DNA from: Deltaproteobacteria bacterium
GTDB lineage: Bacteria; SAR324; NAC60-12
Assembly: GCA_002726945.1 (NCBI GenBank)
Contig: PBTB01000106.1
Location: 1 to 37,314 of the forward strand
Reading direction: 5' to 3'
DNA length: 37,314 nt
A program made the translations under genes and the position numbers. The notes beneath the pieces were generated by a model. That model worked only from the letters and a program-made list of their open reading frames with translations, was not told the DNA's origin and searched no databases. Positions 9,321 through 18,146 of the stretch are shown piece after piece (within the stretch, counting starts at the first letter, position 1; each line of letters starts with the position of its first letter).

Positions 9321-9917
9321 GTGGTGAGAAATTTAGTTTTAACAATCATTTTTGTGTTATTCAGCAGTTGCAGTGCTTTTGCGGAGACTTGGGATTTTGG
9401 GATAGGCCTTCCTTTTTATTCAGGAAGAATGAAAAATTATCATCCACTGCAATTGGAAATTGGAGTGGCAAGTGTGAAAGGTTATGGCATTAATTCCAGT
9501 ATACAATCGGTAAAGAGTCACAAAGTTTCAGGGTTTACAGGAAAATTAAAATGGACAAGTTTCGATATTCATATTTTTTACAGATTTGAAAAGTACGTGC
9601 ATAGATGGGATGTTGGAGTAATGACCAATTTAAATAAATATTATGGACAAATTAATGAGATCGAATTCAATAAAAATATTACATACATTGGTCCCATGAT
9701 ACAGTATTCTACTACAATCAAAGGCTATGATCGTGAAGACGCGTATTATGGAGTCCGTATTTTTGCTTTGTCCACAAGTGAAATCAACACTCATTCATTT
9801 GACCTGACGGATGACACTACATTTCAATCTGAACATGAAAATTATAAAAGTTATATCAAAAATAATAACCCTGCATTAACTGTTGGATTGAACTTTACCA
9901 TAGGTTTTAGATTATGA
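9321..9917 (+). CDS. Putative small outer-membrane beta-barrel protein
   Basis: Signal peptide (..SAFA/E), alternating aromatic/Gly strands, C-terminal LNFTIGFRL resembling a beta-signal. AT-rich. Confidence 0.65.
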   Translation: MVRNLVLTIIFVLFSSCSAFAETWDFGIGLPFYSGRMKNYHPLQLEIGVASVKGYGINSSIQSVKSHKVSGFTGKLKWTSFDIHIFYRFEKYVHRWDVGVMTNLNKYYGQINEIEFNKNITYIGPMIQYSTTIKGYDREDAYYGVRIFALSTSEINTHSFDLTDDTTFQSEHENYKSYIKNNNPALTVGLNFTIGFRL

Positions 9918-10483
9918 AGAAACTGTTTTTTGTTCTCATGTTTATTTCAATAGCTGGCTGTTCCACACAAAAATTCACAAGAATTGAAGAAGGGGGAAAA
10001 AAGGAAATCGTTATCGGTAAAAATTACAGTGTCATCTATTGTGAATGTGAAAAAAACGAACTGCTGAACGAATTATTAGGGAAGTTGAGAGCAAGGGGGT
10101 TTCAAATTATTAAAGTCAATTCGTTTGAAGACATGAATGTCGTGAAAACAGAAAAAAACATAGTGCTTTACGGCTACAGTAAAAAGGTGCAAGGTGACAC
10201 AAAAAAATATACAACCACAAACCTTGTCAGCAGAAATGAAACTTATGACTGTGGCAAAGGGTGCAGTGTCCGTCGACGCTGGAATGAACTTGTTGTTAAT
10301 ACTGTAACCACTCCTAGTGTTTCACGAAACAACAGCGTCTTAATCTATAAAATAGATGATGCAACAGAATTGTTAATGGCCATCACTTCTGGAGATAAGT
10401 ATTCTTTGAATTTATCAACCAAAGAAGAGACAGGAAGCACGCTCAACGTCATCTCAGAAACCAAAGCATATGTCATCAAATAA
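9914..10483 (+). CDS. Hypothetical lipoprotein
   Basis: MKKLFFVLMFISIAGC lipobox. ATGA overlap with the upstream gene. Confidence 0.8.
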   Translation: MKKLFFVLMFISIAGCSTQKFTRIEEGGKKEIVIGKNYSVIYCECEKNELLNELLGKLRARGFQIIKVNSFEDMNVVKTEKNIVLYGYSKKVQGDTKKYTTTNLVSRNETYDCGKGCSVRRRWNELVVNTVTTPSVSRNNSVLIYKIDDATELLMAITSGDKYSLNLSTKEETGSTLNVISETKAYVIK

Positions 10484-11501
10484 GTTCATTGTTTTTTTAT
10501 ATGCAGTGTCTGCCTCAATCATGCTTCATGGTTGTGCAGACAGGCATCTCCTACAGCTAGAAAGAAAAATCACCAACGACTCTAAGTTCAACAAAACTGA
10601 AACGGTGGTTGTTGATTTGGAATTCAGTGAAATAGATTACTCTGAAAGAATAGTTTCGTTACATTCCAATAGAGTTTTCAAAAAAGGAGCCTTGCCGCAA
10701 AACAAGAAAATTATAATTGACGCTTTAAGTGAATCGTTATCCTTTGATGGAAAATCAGTATTTTCGCTGGAAGAATATCAACGGATTAAAAAAGACTTAA
10801 GAAAAATCAGACCTGCCGCAGGTTATAAAGATCCAAAACCAGATGCGTTAATTCGCTTAAAAGTCTCCTACAGCATCCAAACGGGGAGATATGAGAAAGA
10901 AAGGGTGTATAGTTTTTACAGAAAGGAAACACGTTGTCGATACTTAAAAAAACCGCCAAAAAAATATAAACCCTGCCGAGATACAGAAAACTCCACTTGG
11001 GATGAAATCAGATTAGACCGGAACGCATCAGGGGTAGTTGACCTGTGGTATTCTGGTGATGTCTATCTAAATGAAAATGACCAATATATTCATCATAGAA
11101 GCCTCAATGGCTATCAATCAATAACAACACTTTATCAAGATGAAAAAGTTTTGAATCAAAGTATTGCAGCGGGACTTGGCCTAATCATTAGCAATAACCT
11201 GGGAACAGTGGACTTGGCAGTCAGGTTGGAAATTGATGAAGGAAATCATAATGAGGCAATAGAGTGGTTAAAACGAGGCGAAATTGAAGTTGCCAGAAAA
11301 ATTCTGGAAAAAGATGTTACCGAAAATATGTTTGAATCATCAACTGATTATTACAATCTGGGATTAATTTACCATATCTATGGAGATTTTGAGATTGCAA
11401 GAGAATACTATGCAAAAGCCATCAATGCAGGGGGTTATAAAAGAATGTATGTTGAAGCTCTTCAAAACATCAAGGTGTTGAATGAAAAAAGTACGCTGTA
11501 A
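10470..11501 (+). CDS. Lipoprotein with C-terminal TPR
   Basis: LHGC lipobox. TPR DYYNLGLIYHIYGDFEIAREYYAKAI. Overlaps both neighbours. Confidence 0.8.
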   Translation: MSSNKFIVFLYAVSASIMLHGCADRHLLQLERKITNDSKFNKTETVVVDLEFSEIDYSERIVSLHSNRVFKKGALPQNKKIIIDALSESLSFDGKSVFSLEEYQRIKKDLRKIRPAAGYKDPKPDALIRLKVSYSIQTGRYEKERVYSFYRKETRCRYLKKPPKKYKPCRDTENSTWDEIRLDRNASGVVDLWYSGDVYLNENDQYIHHRSLNGYQSITTLYQDEKVLNQSIAAGLGLIISNNLGTVDLAVRLEIDEGNHNEAIEWLKRGEIEVARKILEKDVTENMFESSTDYYNLGLIYHIYGDFEIAREYYAKAINAGGYKRMYVEALQNIKVLNEKSTL

Positions 11502-12363
11502 GGCTTGGTACCTGGTGGTGTCAATATTAATTTTTGGGTGCAGTTCTTTCTCTTCAAAAAAAACCTTTACAATCACCTATTTTACACCACCGAAAAAAAT
11601 GTTGACAAACAAGCCAATTTTGGTGAGCAATTCAACTGGAGATGGCTATCACTTGAAAAATATTTTAACTGAATTGTTGATGAACAGTGGTTATGAGGTC
11701 ATACAAGATGTCAACAGCACGGGAAAACTCATTGCACCATTTGGCATTGACCAAGCTGTTCCCACCAAGGATGTCACAGAAATCACAGTCTCGTTGGAAC
11801 TGGAAAAAACGAATGAGACTTCCAGACAAATTTCTGAAAAAATCACTTTAACTAGCTGTAATTATCTGCGAGAGAAAAATCCGTGTTCATCAAGATCTGG
11901 AATCGTGAGGAGCTTCCAAACAACCCTAAGTAAAAAAGGACAAGCAAAGATCAGGATTAAAGATTCAGGCAAGGAAACAATAACCATTGAATTCCCAATA
12001 AATGTAAAAACCGCTGGCCTACTACCAGGGGGCACGAACATACCCCTAACTCAAGCTATACAAAATATTTTAAGAAAGACGTTTGCTCCATACTTAAAGA
12101 GTCTTGTACAAGAGCAATCCACTTTTGAAATTGATAAAATGGCTGCTGATTTCATAGACAGTGGACTTTTTGAGGTTGCAAAATTACGAGTTCAGGGTCA
12201 TGAGAGTGGAGTTGGATACTACTTGACAATGGGATATATTGAAGAAAAACAAGGCAATCTATCCGGCGCAAATATGTATTATCAAGAAGGCGAAGTCAGT
12301 ACCAGCGAAAATGAATTATTTAAAAAATCAATCGAAAGAATAAATTTTTTATTGCAGCAGTGA
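11482..12363 (+). CDS. Lipoprotein with C-terminal TPR-like helices, probable paralog of 10470..11501
   Basis: IFGC lipobox. YYLTMGYIEEKQGNLSGANMYYQEG. Confidence 0.8.
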   Translation: MKKVRCKAWYLVVSILIFGCSSFSSKKTFTITYFTPPKKMLTNKPILVSNSTGDGYHLKNILTELLMNSGYEVIQDVNSTGKLIAPFGIDQAVPTKDVTEITVSLELEKTNETSRQISEKITLTSCNYLREKNPCSSRSGIVRSFQTTLSKKGQAKIRIKDSGKETITIEFPINVKTAGLLPGGTNIPLTQAIQNILRKTFAPYLKSLVQEQSTFEIDKMAADFIDSGLFEVAKLRVQGHESGVGYYLTMGYIEEKQGNLSGANMYYQEGEVSTSENELFKKSIERINFLLQQ

Positions 12364-12514
12364 AACGCTTTCGATTTTATCACTTCGTGTTGATGGATGG
12401 TGTAGCACGTTACTCTGGACGAGTTTTTAAAGAAGAGCACGGAGATCAGAGTCAATTTGACATCAGAACAATCGAATGGAAAAGTTCTGTACAGAATCAA
12501 TGAAGCAATTGATA

Positions 12515-12630
12515 ACTGATGTTACGCACTCGGATTTTAACTCATTGAAATCATTGTGGTTTTTAAATCGATCAAAATTATCACCATCAATAAAATCAAT
12601 AACTTACGCAGGGGACTGCGTAACATCAGT
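12515..12630. mobile_element. MITE, 116 bp, with 14-bp perfect TIRs and a 5-bp target-site duplication
   Basis: ACTGATGTTACGCA (12515-12528) and TGCGTAACATCAGT (12617-12630). TGATA flanks both sides (12510-12514 and 12631-12635). Confidence 0.88.
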
Positions 12631-12641
12631 TGATAAATGAC

Positions 12642-12670
12642 TTGCTATTCAAGAAAAGGGACGTTAGACT
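12642..12670 (+). promoter_or_regulatory. Possible sigma70 promoter for 12741..15001
   Basis: TTGCTA-17 nt-TAGACT, 70 nt upstream of the ATG. Confidence 0.4.
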
Positions 12671-12740
12671 GCTTGCAGTGATTCTCTTTTCGGGAAGATC
12701 ATGACTTCGTATTTTTCGAACCCTAACTCATACAGGAATT

Positions 12741-14117
12741 ATGTTTAAAATTCTTTCGCGGATCTTGGCCCACGTCCTTTTCGTTGTGCTACTGGTGGGC
12801 TGTGCTTCCGCACCTCAACCAAAATCCAAGCCCAAGGCCGAAAATTTTCTAACCCTCGCAGATGTCAACGGTCAAATCTCGTTTAAGGAAAACAATAACA
12901 CTCCTGACATTCGAGTGATTCGTGCCAAGGCTAAAGCATTCATCAAGCAAAACGACCTGCGCTCAGCCAAGATACTTGCAACTAATCAAGCCACTAGTTA
13001 TGCCGTGGATGACATGGTTCGGGAATTACTGACCGAGGAGATTTACAACAACAATTTTGAAAAAATCGAAGAGTACCTTTCTAAAAATTTAGACAGTTAT
13101 GTCGTTGATAAGGAGGTTGTGGCCGAGAAGCGTATCTTTGCGAACAAGTATTATGGCATTGACACTGCCTTTAAAATAAGTCGCCAGAAAGTCCTTGTTG
13201 CTTTGCAAAAGGATCTCAAGCTCATCAACACCAGTTCAAGCACGTTAGTGGTCGTGATTACCAGTAAAAAAGGCATTGACCTGTCAGGGTCAGGGTTTCA
13301 GTTTGGCGACTTGGAGGACGCGTTGATGAACCAGATTCAAACCGACCTGAACCAGCGAGGATTGCGAGCAATGGACTTTCGGAATGCGATCACTCACTTG
13401 CAGAGCGATGCAAAAACAAAAGAACAGTTTGGAAAAATATCAAAAGAACAGTTTCTTGCGGTAGTCTCTGGAAGTCCAGCAGACCGTGCATTGCTCAACA
13501 AGCAGATTCAGGAAGCAGAGGGGTTCTATACAACCGGTCTGAGTCTGCTGCAGCAACTGGCAAAGGTGGTGGTTGAGGTCAATATCTTTTCAATCAGTGG
13601 AAACACGAAGGGGGATCTCGCTCTTTCCCTCAACGTCACAGCGAAAAACATTTCCACAGGACGGGGCGGGGCGTTTGCAAACACAGTCACCAATGTTGCT
13701 CGACGAGGCGGCCCCAACGTCATTCCGTCAGCAATGATCACCGGCCTGGTCCAAGACACCTACCAAGACCTAAAGCGTGAATTCATCCCTCAGGTTATCA
13801 AGGAGATGTCCACAATCACTGTGGGGGGGGACAAACTGATGCCTTATGAAATTGTCTTAAAAGGCTTCGACAGTCGCAACGTTCGCAGATTCAGATCTGC
13901 CTTGGATCAGAGACAAAATGATCAATTCAGATACATTGACTACGACAATACACTGGCAGGAACTCAGCCTTCGATTGTGACCATTCGTGTGCGTTACGCA
14001 GGAAAGCCCGACCGCTTGGCGGATCTGCTGATGGGTATTCTTGATGGACAACAGATTGACTTCAAGGAACCCCGTGTCGCTCCAGAGCTCAAGGATATTG
14101 TCATTGAACACCAGTGA
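12741..14117 (+). CDS. Large lipoprotein, possibly with an FlgT-N/LPP20-like N-terminal domain
   Basis: LVGC lipobox and Pro/Lys linker. VIRAKAKA..AKILATNQA..AVDDMV..SYVVDKEVV resembles FlgT-N-like alpha/beta domains. The fold call is tentative. Confidence 0.7.
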   Translation: MFKILSRILAHVLFVVLLVGCASAPQPKSKPKAENFLTLADVNGQISFKENNNTPDIRVIRAKAKAFIKQNDLRSAKILATNQATSYAVDDMVRELLTEEIYNNNFEKIEEYLSKNLDSYVVDKEVVAEKRIFANKYYGIDTAFKISRQKVLVALQKDLKLINTSSSTLVVVITSKKGIDLSGSGFQFGDLEDALMNQIQTDLNQRGLRAMDFRNAITHLQSDAKTKEQFGKISKEQFLAVVSGSPADRALLNKQIQEAEGFYTTGLSLLQQLAKVVVEVNIFSISGNTKGDLALSLNVTAKNISTGRGGAFANTVTNVARRGGPNVIPSAMITGLVQDTYQDLKREFIPQVIKEMSTITVGGDKLMPYEIVLKGFDSRNVRRFRSALDQRQNDQFRYIDYDNTLAGTQPSIVTIRVRYAGKPDRLADLLMGILDGQQIDFKEPRVAPELKDIVIEHQ

Positions 14118-14134
14118 ATTATTGGAGAACAAAT

Positions 14135-15001
14135 ATGAAGATTCCAATCAGGATTCTGTTGGCCGCGATTGCATTCCTCTTCATAGGAATTGGAGGCTGC
14201 ACAAAGACCATTGAGGATGCCGAGTCGCTTTACCGCAACGGGCAGGAAGAAGAGGCGTTGGATGCTGTCGAAAAATTAATGGAGCATGAAGACCCCAAAG
14301 TGCGGCAGCGAGCGGTTCGGATTGCTGGAAAGGTCGGTAACGACCGCGCCGGCAAGCTCCTAGTCCTTGCGTTGCGGGATGCCAGCCCCGTGGTGCAGGC
14401 TGAAGCCGTGCGGGGGCTCGGCGCCAATGTCTATGAACCCGGCATCCAGCCACTGCTCGAAATGCTTCCTAAGGCAGACCCTGATGTGATACAGGCGGCG
14501 GGAGGGGCTTTGGCCAGTTATGGTGCTGCCGCACTCGATAAACTGGTGCAGCTCTACACGACTCCTTCACAGAAATCCAATCGAGGTGTGTACAGGCAAG
14601 TCCTGCTTCAAGTAGGCGCACCTGCTTCAGAAGCTTTGATTGCCACCTTGAAGGGCAGATCGTTCTTTGAAAACCGGGACACCTTCATGCTGCTCAAGCA
14701 AATGCGCAATCCGAAGGTCGCAACTCTGATGCTCCCTTATTTGGAAGACGAAGAGGTCGCCGGGCAGGTAGCGGAAGCCATTGGACGCCTTGGCAGTATG
14801 GGCGTCAGCCCGACACTGGACAGTATCAAAGGCTACAAGAATGACCCTGCGGATGTTCGTGTGCTGGAGTTGCACATTCGCATTCTTGGAAAATTGAAAG
14901 ATGTCCGCGCTGCTGAAACATTGGAAGCCCTCGCAACACATCCTAGCGAGCGCATCCGCGATGCCGTGGACCGCGCGCTCTTCCAGATTCGCGGCTACTG
15001 A
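14135..15001 (+). CDS. HEAT/PBS-lyase-repeat lipoprotein
   Basis: IGGC lipobox. Repeats such as EDPKVRQRAVRIAG, DASPVVQAEAVRGLG, PSERIRDAVDRAL. GGAG RBS before ATG 14135. Confidence 0.85.
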   Translation: MKIPIRILLAAIAFLFIGIGGCTKTIEDAESLYRNGQEEEALDAVEKLMEHEDPKVRQRAVRIAGKVGNDRAGKLLVLALRDASPVVQAEAVRGLGANVYEPGIQPLLEMLPKADPDVIQAAGGALASYGAAALDKLVQLYTTPSQKSNRGVYRQVLLQVGAPASEALIATLKGRSFFENRDTFMLLKQMRNPKVATLMLPYLEDEEVAGQVAEAIGRLGSMGVSPTLDSIKGYKNDPADVRVLELHIRILGKLKDVRAAETLEALATHPSERIRDAVDRALFQIRGY

Positions 15002-15010
15002 TTTGCAGCA

Positions 15011-16147
15011 TCACATCCGGTAGGGCGGGAGTCCGGCACTGTCCGGACCTGCCCAGCCGCGTCGGGCGGACCACTCCTGCACCCACGCCGCTCCTCGGTC
15101 CAGCCAGCGATCCACCCGGTTTTTCCCGCTTTCCGTGCGGACCTCCACCACCTCGTGCCCGTCCTCCTGCTTTGCGTAGAGGTAGTCATCGCTCGTCTGC
15201 AACTCATCCACCAACCCCAGTTCCAAGGCTTTTGAGGCCAGCCAGTACTCTCCGGTCGCAATCGTGTCCAAGTCCACCCCCGGACGGTGTTCCTGAATCA
15301 ACCTCTTGAACGCACCGTGGATCGCTTCCAGGTCCGCCTGGAATTTCTCGCGTCCTTCCTCGGTGATTTCCGCAAGCGGTGTGACGGTGCGCTTGTGCTT
15401 TCCGGCGGTGAAGAGGTGATAATCCACCTCGTTCTTCTGGAGAACACGGTGGAAATTCGGAATGCCTGCGACCACACCGATGGAGCCAACGAACGCAAAG
15501 GGTGCGGCCACGATGCGATCCGCAACGGTGGCCATCATGTAACCGCCGCTGGCGGCAATGACATCCACACAAACCGTGCAGCGCAGCCCCGCCTGCCTGA
15601 GCCGAGCGAGTTGCGAACTGGCGAGTCCGTACTGTGCGACCGCTCCCCCTGGACTGCTGAGCCGTACCACCACCTCGTCTGAAGGCAAAGCGGCTCCAAG
15701 CAAAAAGGTGATCTCGTCCCGGAGTTGTTCCACCGAAGACGCGAGGATGTTGCCCTCAAAATCCAGCACATAGATGCGGTTTGAGTGCCCCTTGACGATT
15801 TCCTCCACCGACTTGCCCGCCTTCAGGTTGGCCCGGATGGACGTCACCGTTTGCTCGTCCTTGGACTTTTCTTTCTTCTTTTCGACCTTACCCTCCTTGC
15901 GCCGAGCCTTGCGCAACAGCTTGATTGCGCTCTTGGACAGGGCCGGATGCTCGATCAGCGTTTTTTCCAATTCTTCTCCGGCTTGTTCAAAGCGTTTGCT
16001 CCAGCGCCGGAAGGCCAAATGCGGCTCCTTCTCCCCGGACATGCGCTTGCGCAACAAAACCCGCAGCAGGATGATCAATCCGGCAATGCCAAAGAGCAGG
16101 ACGGAAACGTGGTAAAAGCTGAGGAACTCGTTGAGAAATTCGGTCAT
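15011..16147 (-). CDS. sohB: S49-family protease SohB
   Basis: N-terminal TM, LSSPGGAV..YGLASSQL, AASGGYMMA, GSIGVV, TAGKHKRT, ATGEYW. Confidence 0.93.
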   Translation of the reverse strand: MTEFLNEFLSFYHVSVLLFGIAGLIILLRVLLRKRMSGEKEPHLAFRRWSKRFEQAGEELEKTLIEHPALSKSAIKLLRKARRKEGKVEKKKEKSKDEQTVTSIRANLKAGKSVEEIVKGHSNRIYVLDFEGNILASSVEQLRDEITFLLGAALPSDEVVVRLSSPGGAVAQYGLASSQLARLRQAGLRCTVCVDVIAASGGYMMATVADRIVAAPFAFVGSIGVVAGIPNFHRVLQKNEVDYHLFTAGKHKRTVTPLAEITEEGREKFQADLEAIHGAFKRLIQEHRPGVDLDTIATGEYWLASKALELGLVDELQTSDDYLYAKQEDGHEVVEVRTESGKNRVDRWLDRGAAWVQEWSARRGWAGPDSAGLPPYRM

Positions 16148-16231
16148 TCAGGCTGGGAGCGTGTTGTTCTTGGAGATGGGAGGATCGTCTGATAGCCTAA
16201 CCGATTAGACTCAATTTGCAACGAGATTTCC

Positions 16232-17455
16232 ATGTCCCAGACGCCATCCCGCGTTTATCTTCGTCTTTTTCTGCTCACCACCTGCTTCGCTCTCACCGGT
16301 TCTGTCGCCAGCATGACGGTTTCGGTGGGTTCACTGGTTGGCCATGCGATTGCCGAAAACAAGGCGCTTGCCACCCTGCCGTTGTTCCTCAAACTGCTCG
16401 GCACCATGTCGGCGGGCCTTCCGGCCTCGCTGCTGATGCGTCGGGTGGGGCGACGCAACGGCTTTCTGGTTGGCACCAGCCTTGGGCTGCTCGGCGCATT
16501 GACCGGATCATACGCGATCCGCATCGGCAATTTTCCGCTATTTTGTGCGTCCACCTACACTTTGGGATTGATGATGGGGGTCAACCACCTCTACCGCTTT
16601 GCAGCGGTTGAGGTGGCCGGATCTGCATTCAAGGCAAAGGCGGTCTCGCTGGTGATGGCCGGAGGCATTGTTTCCGGAACGCTCGGCCCAACACTTGCGG
16701 TGCAGGGCGAGGATTGGATTGAAAACGCCCCTTTCGCGGGAGGCTACCTTGCGGTTGCAGGAGTGTATGTGCTGGTCGCCGGCATTCTCGCCTTTCTCGA
16801 CCTCCCTCGTCCGACCGTTGAGGAACAGCACGGAACACGGCGTCCGCTTGGAGAACTGATTGCCCAGCCCAACCTGATCTTGGCGGTTGCCAGCGCCGCC
16901 CTGAGCTATGGGGTGATGGCCTTCATCATGACCGCCACTCCGCTGGCGATGATGCATCGCGGGCATCTGTTTTCAGACACCGCCCTAGTCATTCAGGGGC
17001 ATGTGATGGGGATGTTCCTTCCCTCCTTCTTCACCGGTTCCCTCATCCAGCGCTTCGGCGCCCCTCGCATGATGGCCACCGGAGTGGTGCTGAACCTTGT
17101 CTGCATCGCGCTCAACGTCCACGGTGAATCATGGTGGCACTTCTGGACCTCGCTGATGTTGCTCGGCGTCGGTTGGAACTTCATGTTCATCTCCGGAACC
17201 ACGCTGCTCACCGAAACCCACCGTCCTGCCGAAAAAGCGCTGGTGCAGGGCTGCAACGATTTTCTCGTCTTTGCCATGGCCGCGTCCGGATCGTTGCTGG
17301 CAGGAGTGCTGCTCAGCGTCATGGACTGGCAGCAACTCAACCTGATCGCCCTACCGCTGTTGGGCGTGGTGGTCATTACGCTCGTCTGGTATCGATTGCG
17401 GCAACGCCCGGCGACTCCGGAAGCTCTGGCATCTGCGGCCAGTTCCGGGGACTAA
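16232..17455 (+). CDS. MFS transporter
   Basis: About 12 hydrophobic segments, MRRVGRR loop motif, YRFAAVE, HVMGMFLPSFFTG. Confidence 0.92.
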   Translation: MSQTPSRVYLRLFLLTTCFALTGSVASMTVSVGSLVGHAIAENKALATLPLFLKLLGTMSAGLPASLLMRRVGRRNGFLVGTSLGLLGALTGSYAIRIGNFPLFCASTYTLGLMMGVNHLYRFAAVEVAGSAFKAKAVSLVMAGGIVSGTLGPTLAVQGEDWIENAPFAGGYLAVAGVYVLVAGILAFLDLPRPTVEEQHGTRRPLGELIAQPNLILAVASAALSYGVMAFIMTATPLAMMHRGHLFSDTALVIQGHVMGMFLPSFFTGSLIQRFGAPRMMATGVVLNLVCIALNVHGESWWHFWTSLMLLGVGWNFMFISGTTLLTETHRPAEKALVQGCNDFLVFAMAASGSLLAGVLLSVMDWQQLNLIALPLLGVVVITLVWYRLRQRPATPEALASAASSGD

Positions 17456-17471
17456 CCACACACCTCGTCGG

Positions 17472-17720
17472 TCAGCAGTCGCGGATCAGGTATTTCGGAG
17501 GTTTCGGGTGGCGCTCCCAGCAACTGCGCTGGAAATTGCGGTGAATGTGACCGTAGTTGTGGGAATTGAACCGCCCATCTCCATTCCACTCCGGCGCAAG
17601 GGTGCGCAGAGCAGGAGTCTGGACAGCAGGTGGTGGTGGGGTGCAGGCGATGCTGAACAGCACGATCATGCCGAGCATCCCGGAAAACCTCCGGTTCCGT
17701 CCAAACTCAAAACAGCACAT
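17472..17720 (-). CDS. Small putative lipoprotein A (paralog pair)
   Basis: FSIAC lipobox, PPPP linker, motif WNGDGRFNSHNYGHIH..RSC..C-stop shared with the adjacent ORF. Confidence 0.7.
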   Translation of the reverse strand: MCCFEFGRNRRFSGMLGMIVLFSIACTPPPPAVQTPALRTLAPEWNGDGRFNSHNYGHIHRNFQRSCWERHPKPPKYLIRDC

Positions 17721-17729
17721 CAAACCAAA

Positions 17730-17954
17730 TCAGCAGCGAGTGGATGAACGCTTTTGGGAAATGATCCGGACACAATTCCGAAAAGGTCGGGGATGCACGG
17801 GCAGGTAATTGCGCTCGTTGTAGCGTCCATCATTCCAATCTGATGAAATCGGCTTTCTGACCGCAAGCGGTTGCCCTGGCTCAAGCTCCGGCGTCAAGCA
17901 GCCCGTGCCCCAAGCCACCACCACCACGCTTGCCAGCCCCAGACAACACCTCAC
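17730..17954 (-). CDS. Small putative lipoprotein B (paralog pair)
   Basis: GTG at 17954 after AAGGA (alternative ATG 17999). WGTGC lipobox-like site, motif WNDGRYNERNYLPVH..RNC..C-stop. Confidence 0.65.
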   Translation of the reverse strand: MRCCLGLASVVVVAWGTGCLTPELEPGQPLAVRKPISSDWNDGRYNERNYLPVHPRPFRNCVRIISQKRSSTRC

Positions 17955-18146
17955 TTTGAATCCTTGCCTTCCGTGTATTGAGATTGCCGAAGCAATCATG
18001 AACGTTCCTGCCATTCTCTCAAGTTCCGGAACGAGGATCAAGCAGCAGCGTGGGTTTGCGTTGACTGTCACGGACAGCCTTGGCACAGTATTGAGGCACA
18101 GCGAACGGCTCTCTTGACTCCTCAACCCAGACGCGCAAACCAAAAC

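Noticed and set aside
10935-10976. KPPK-containing Cys loop resembling the tail of small lipoprotein A
   Set aside because: Too short and low-complexity to indicate homology.
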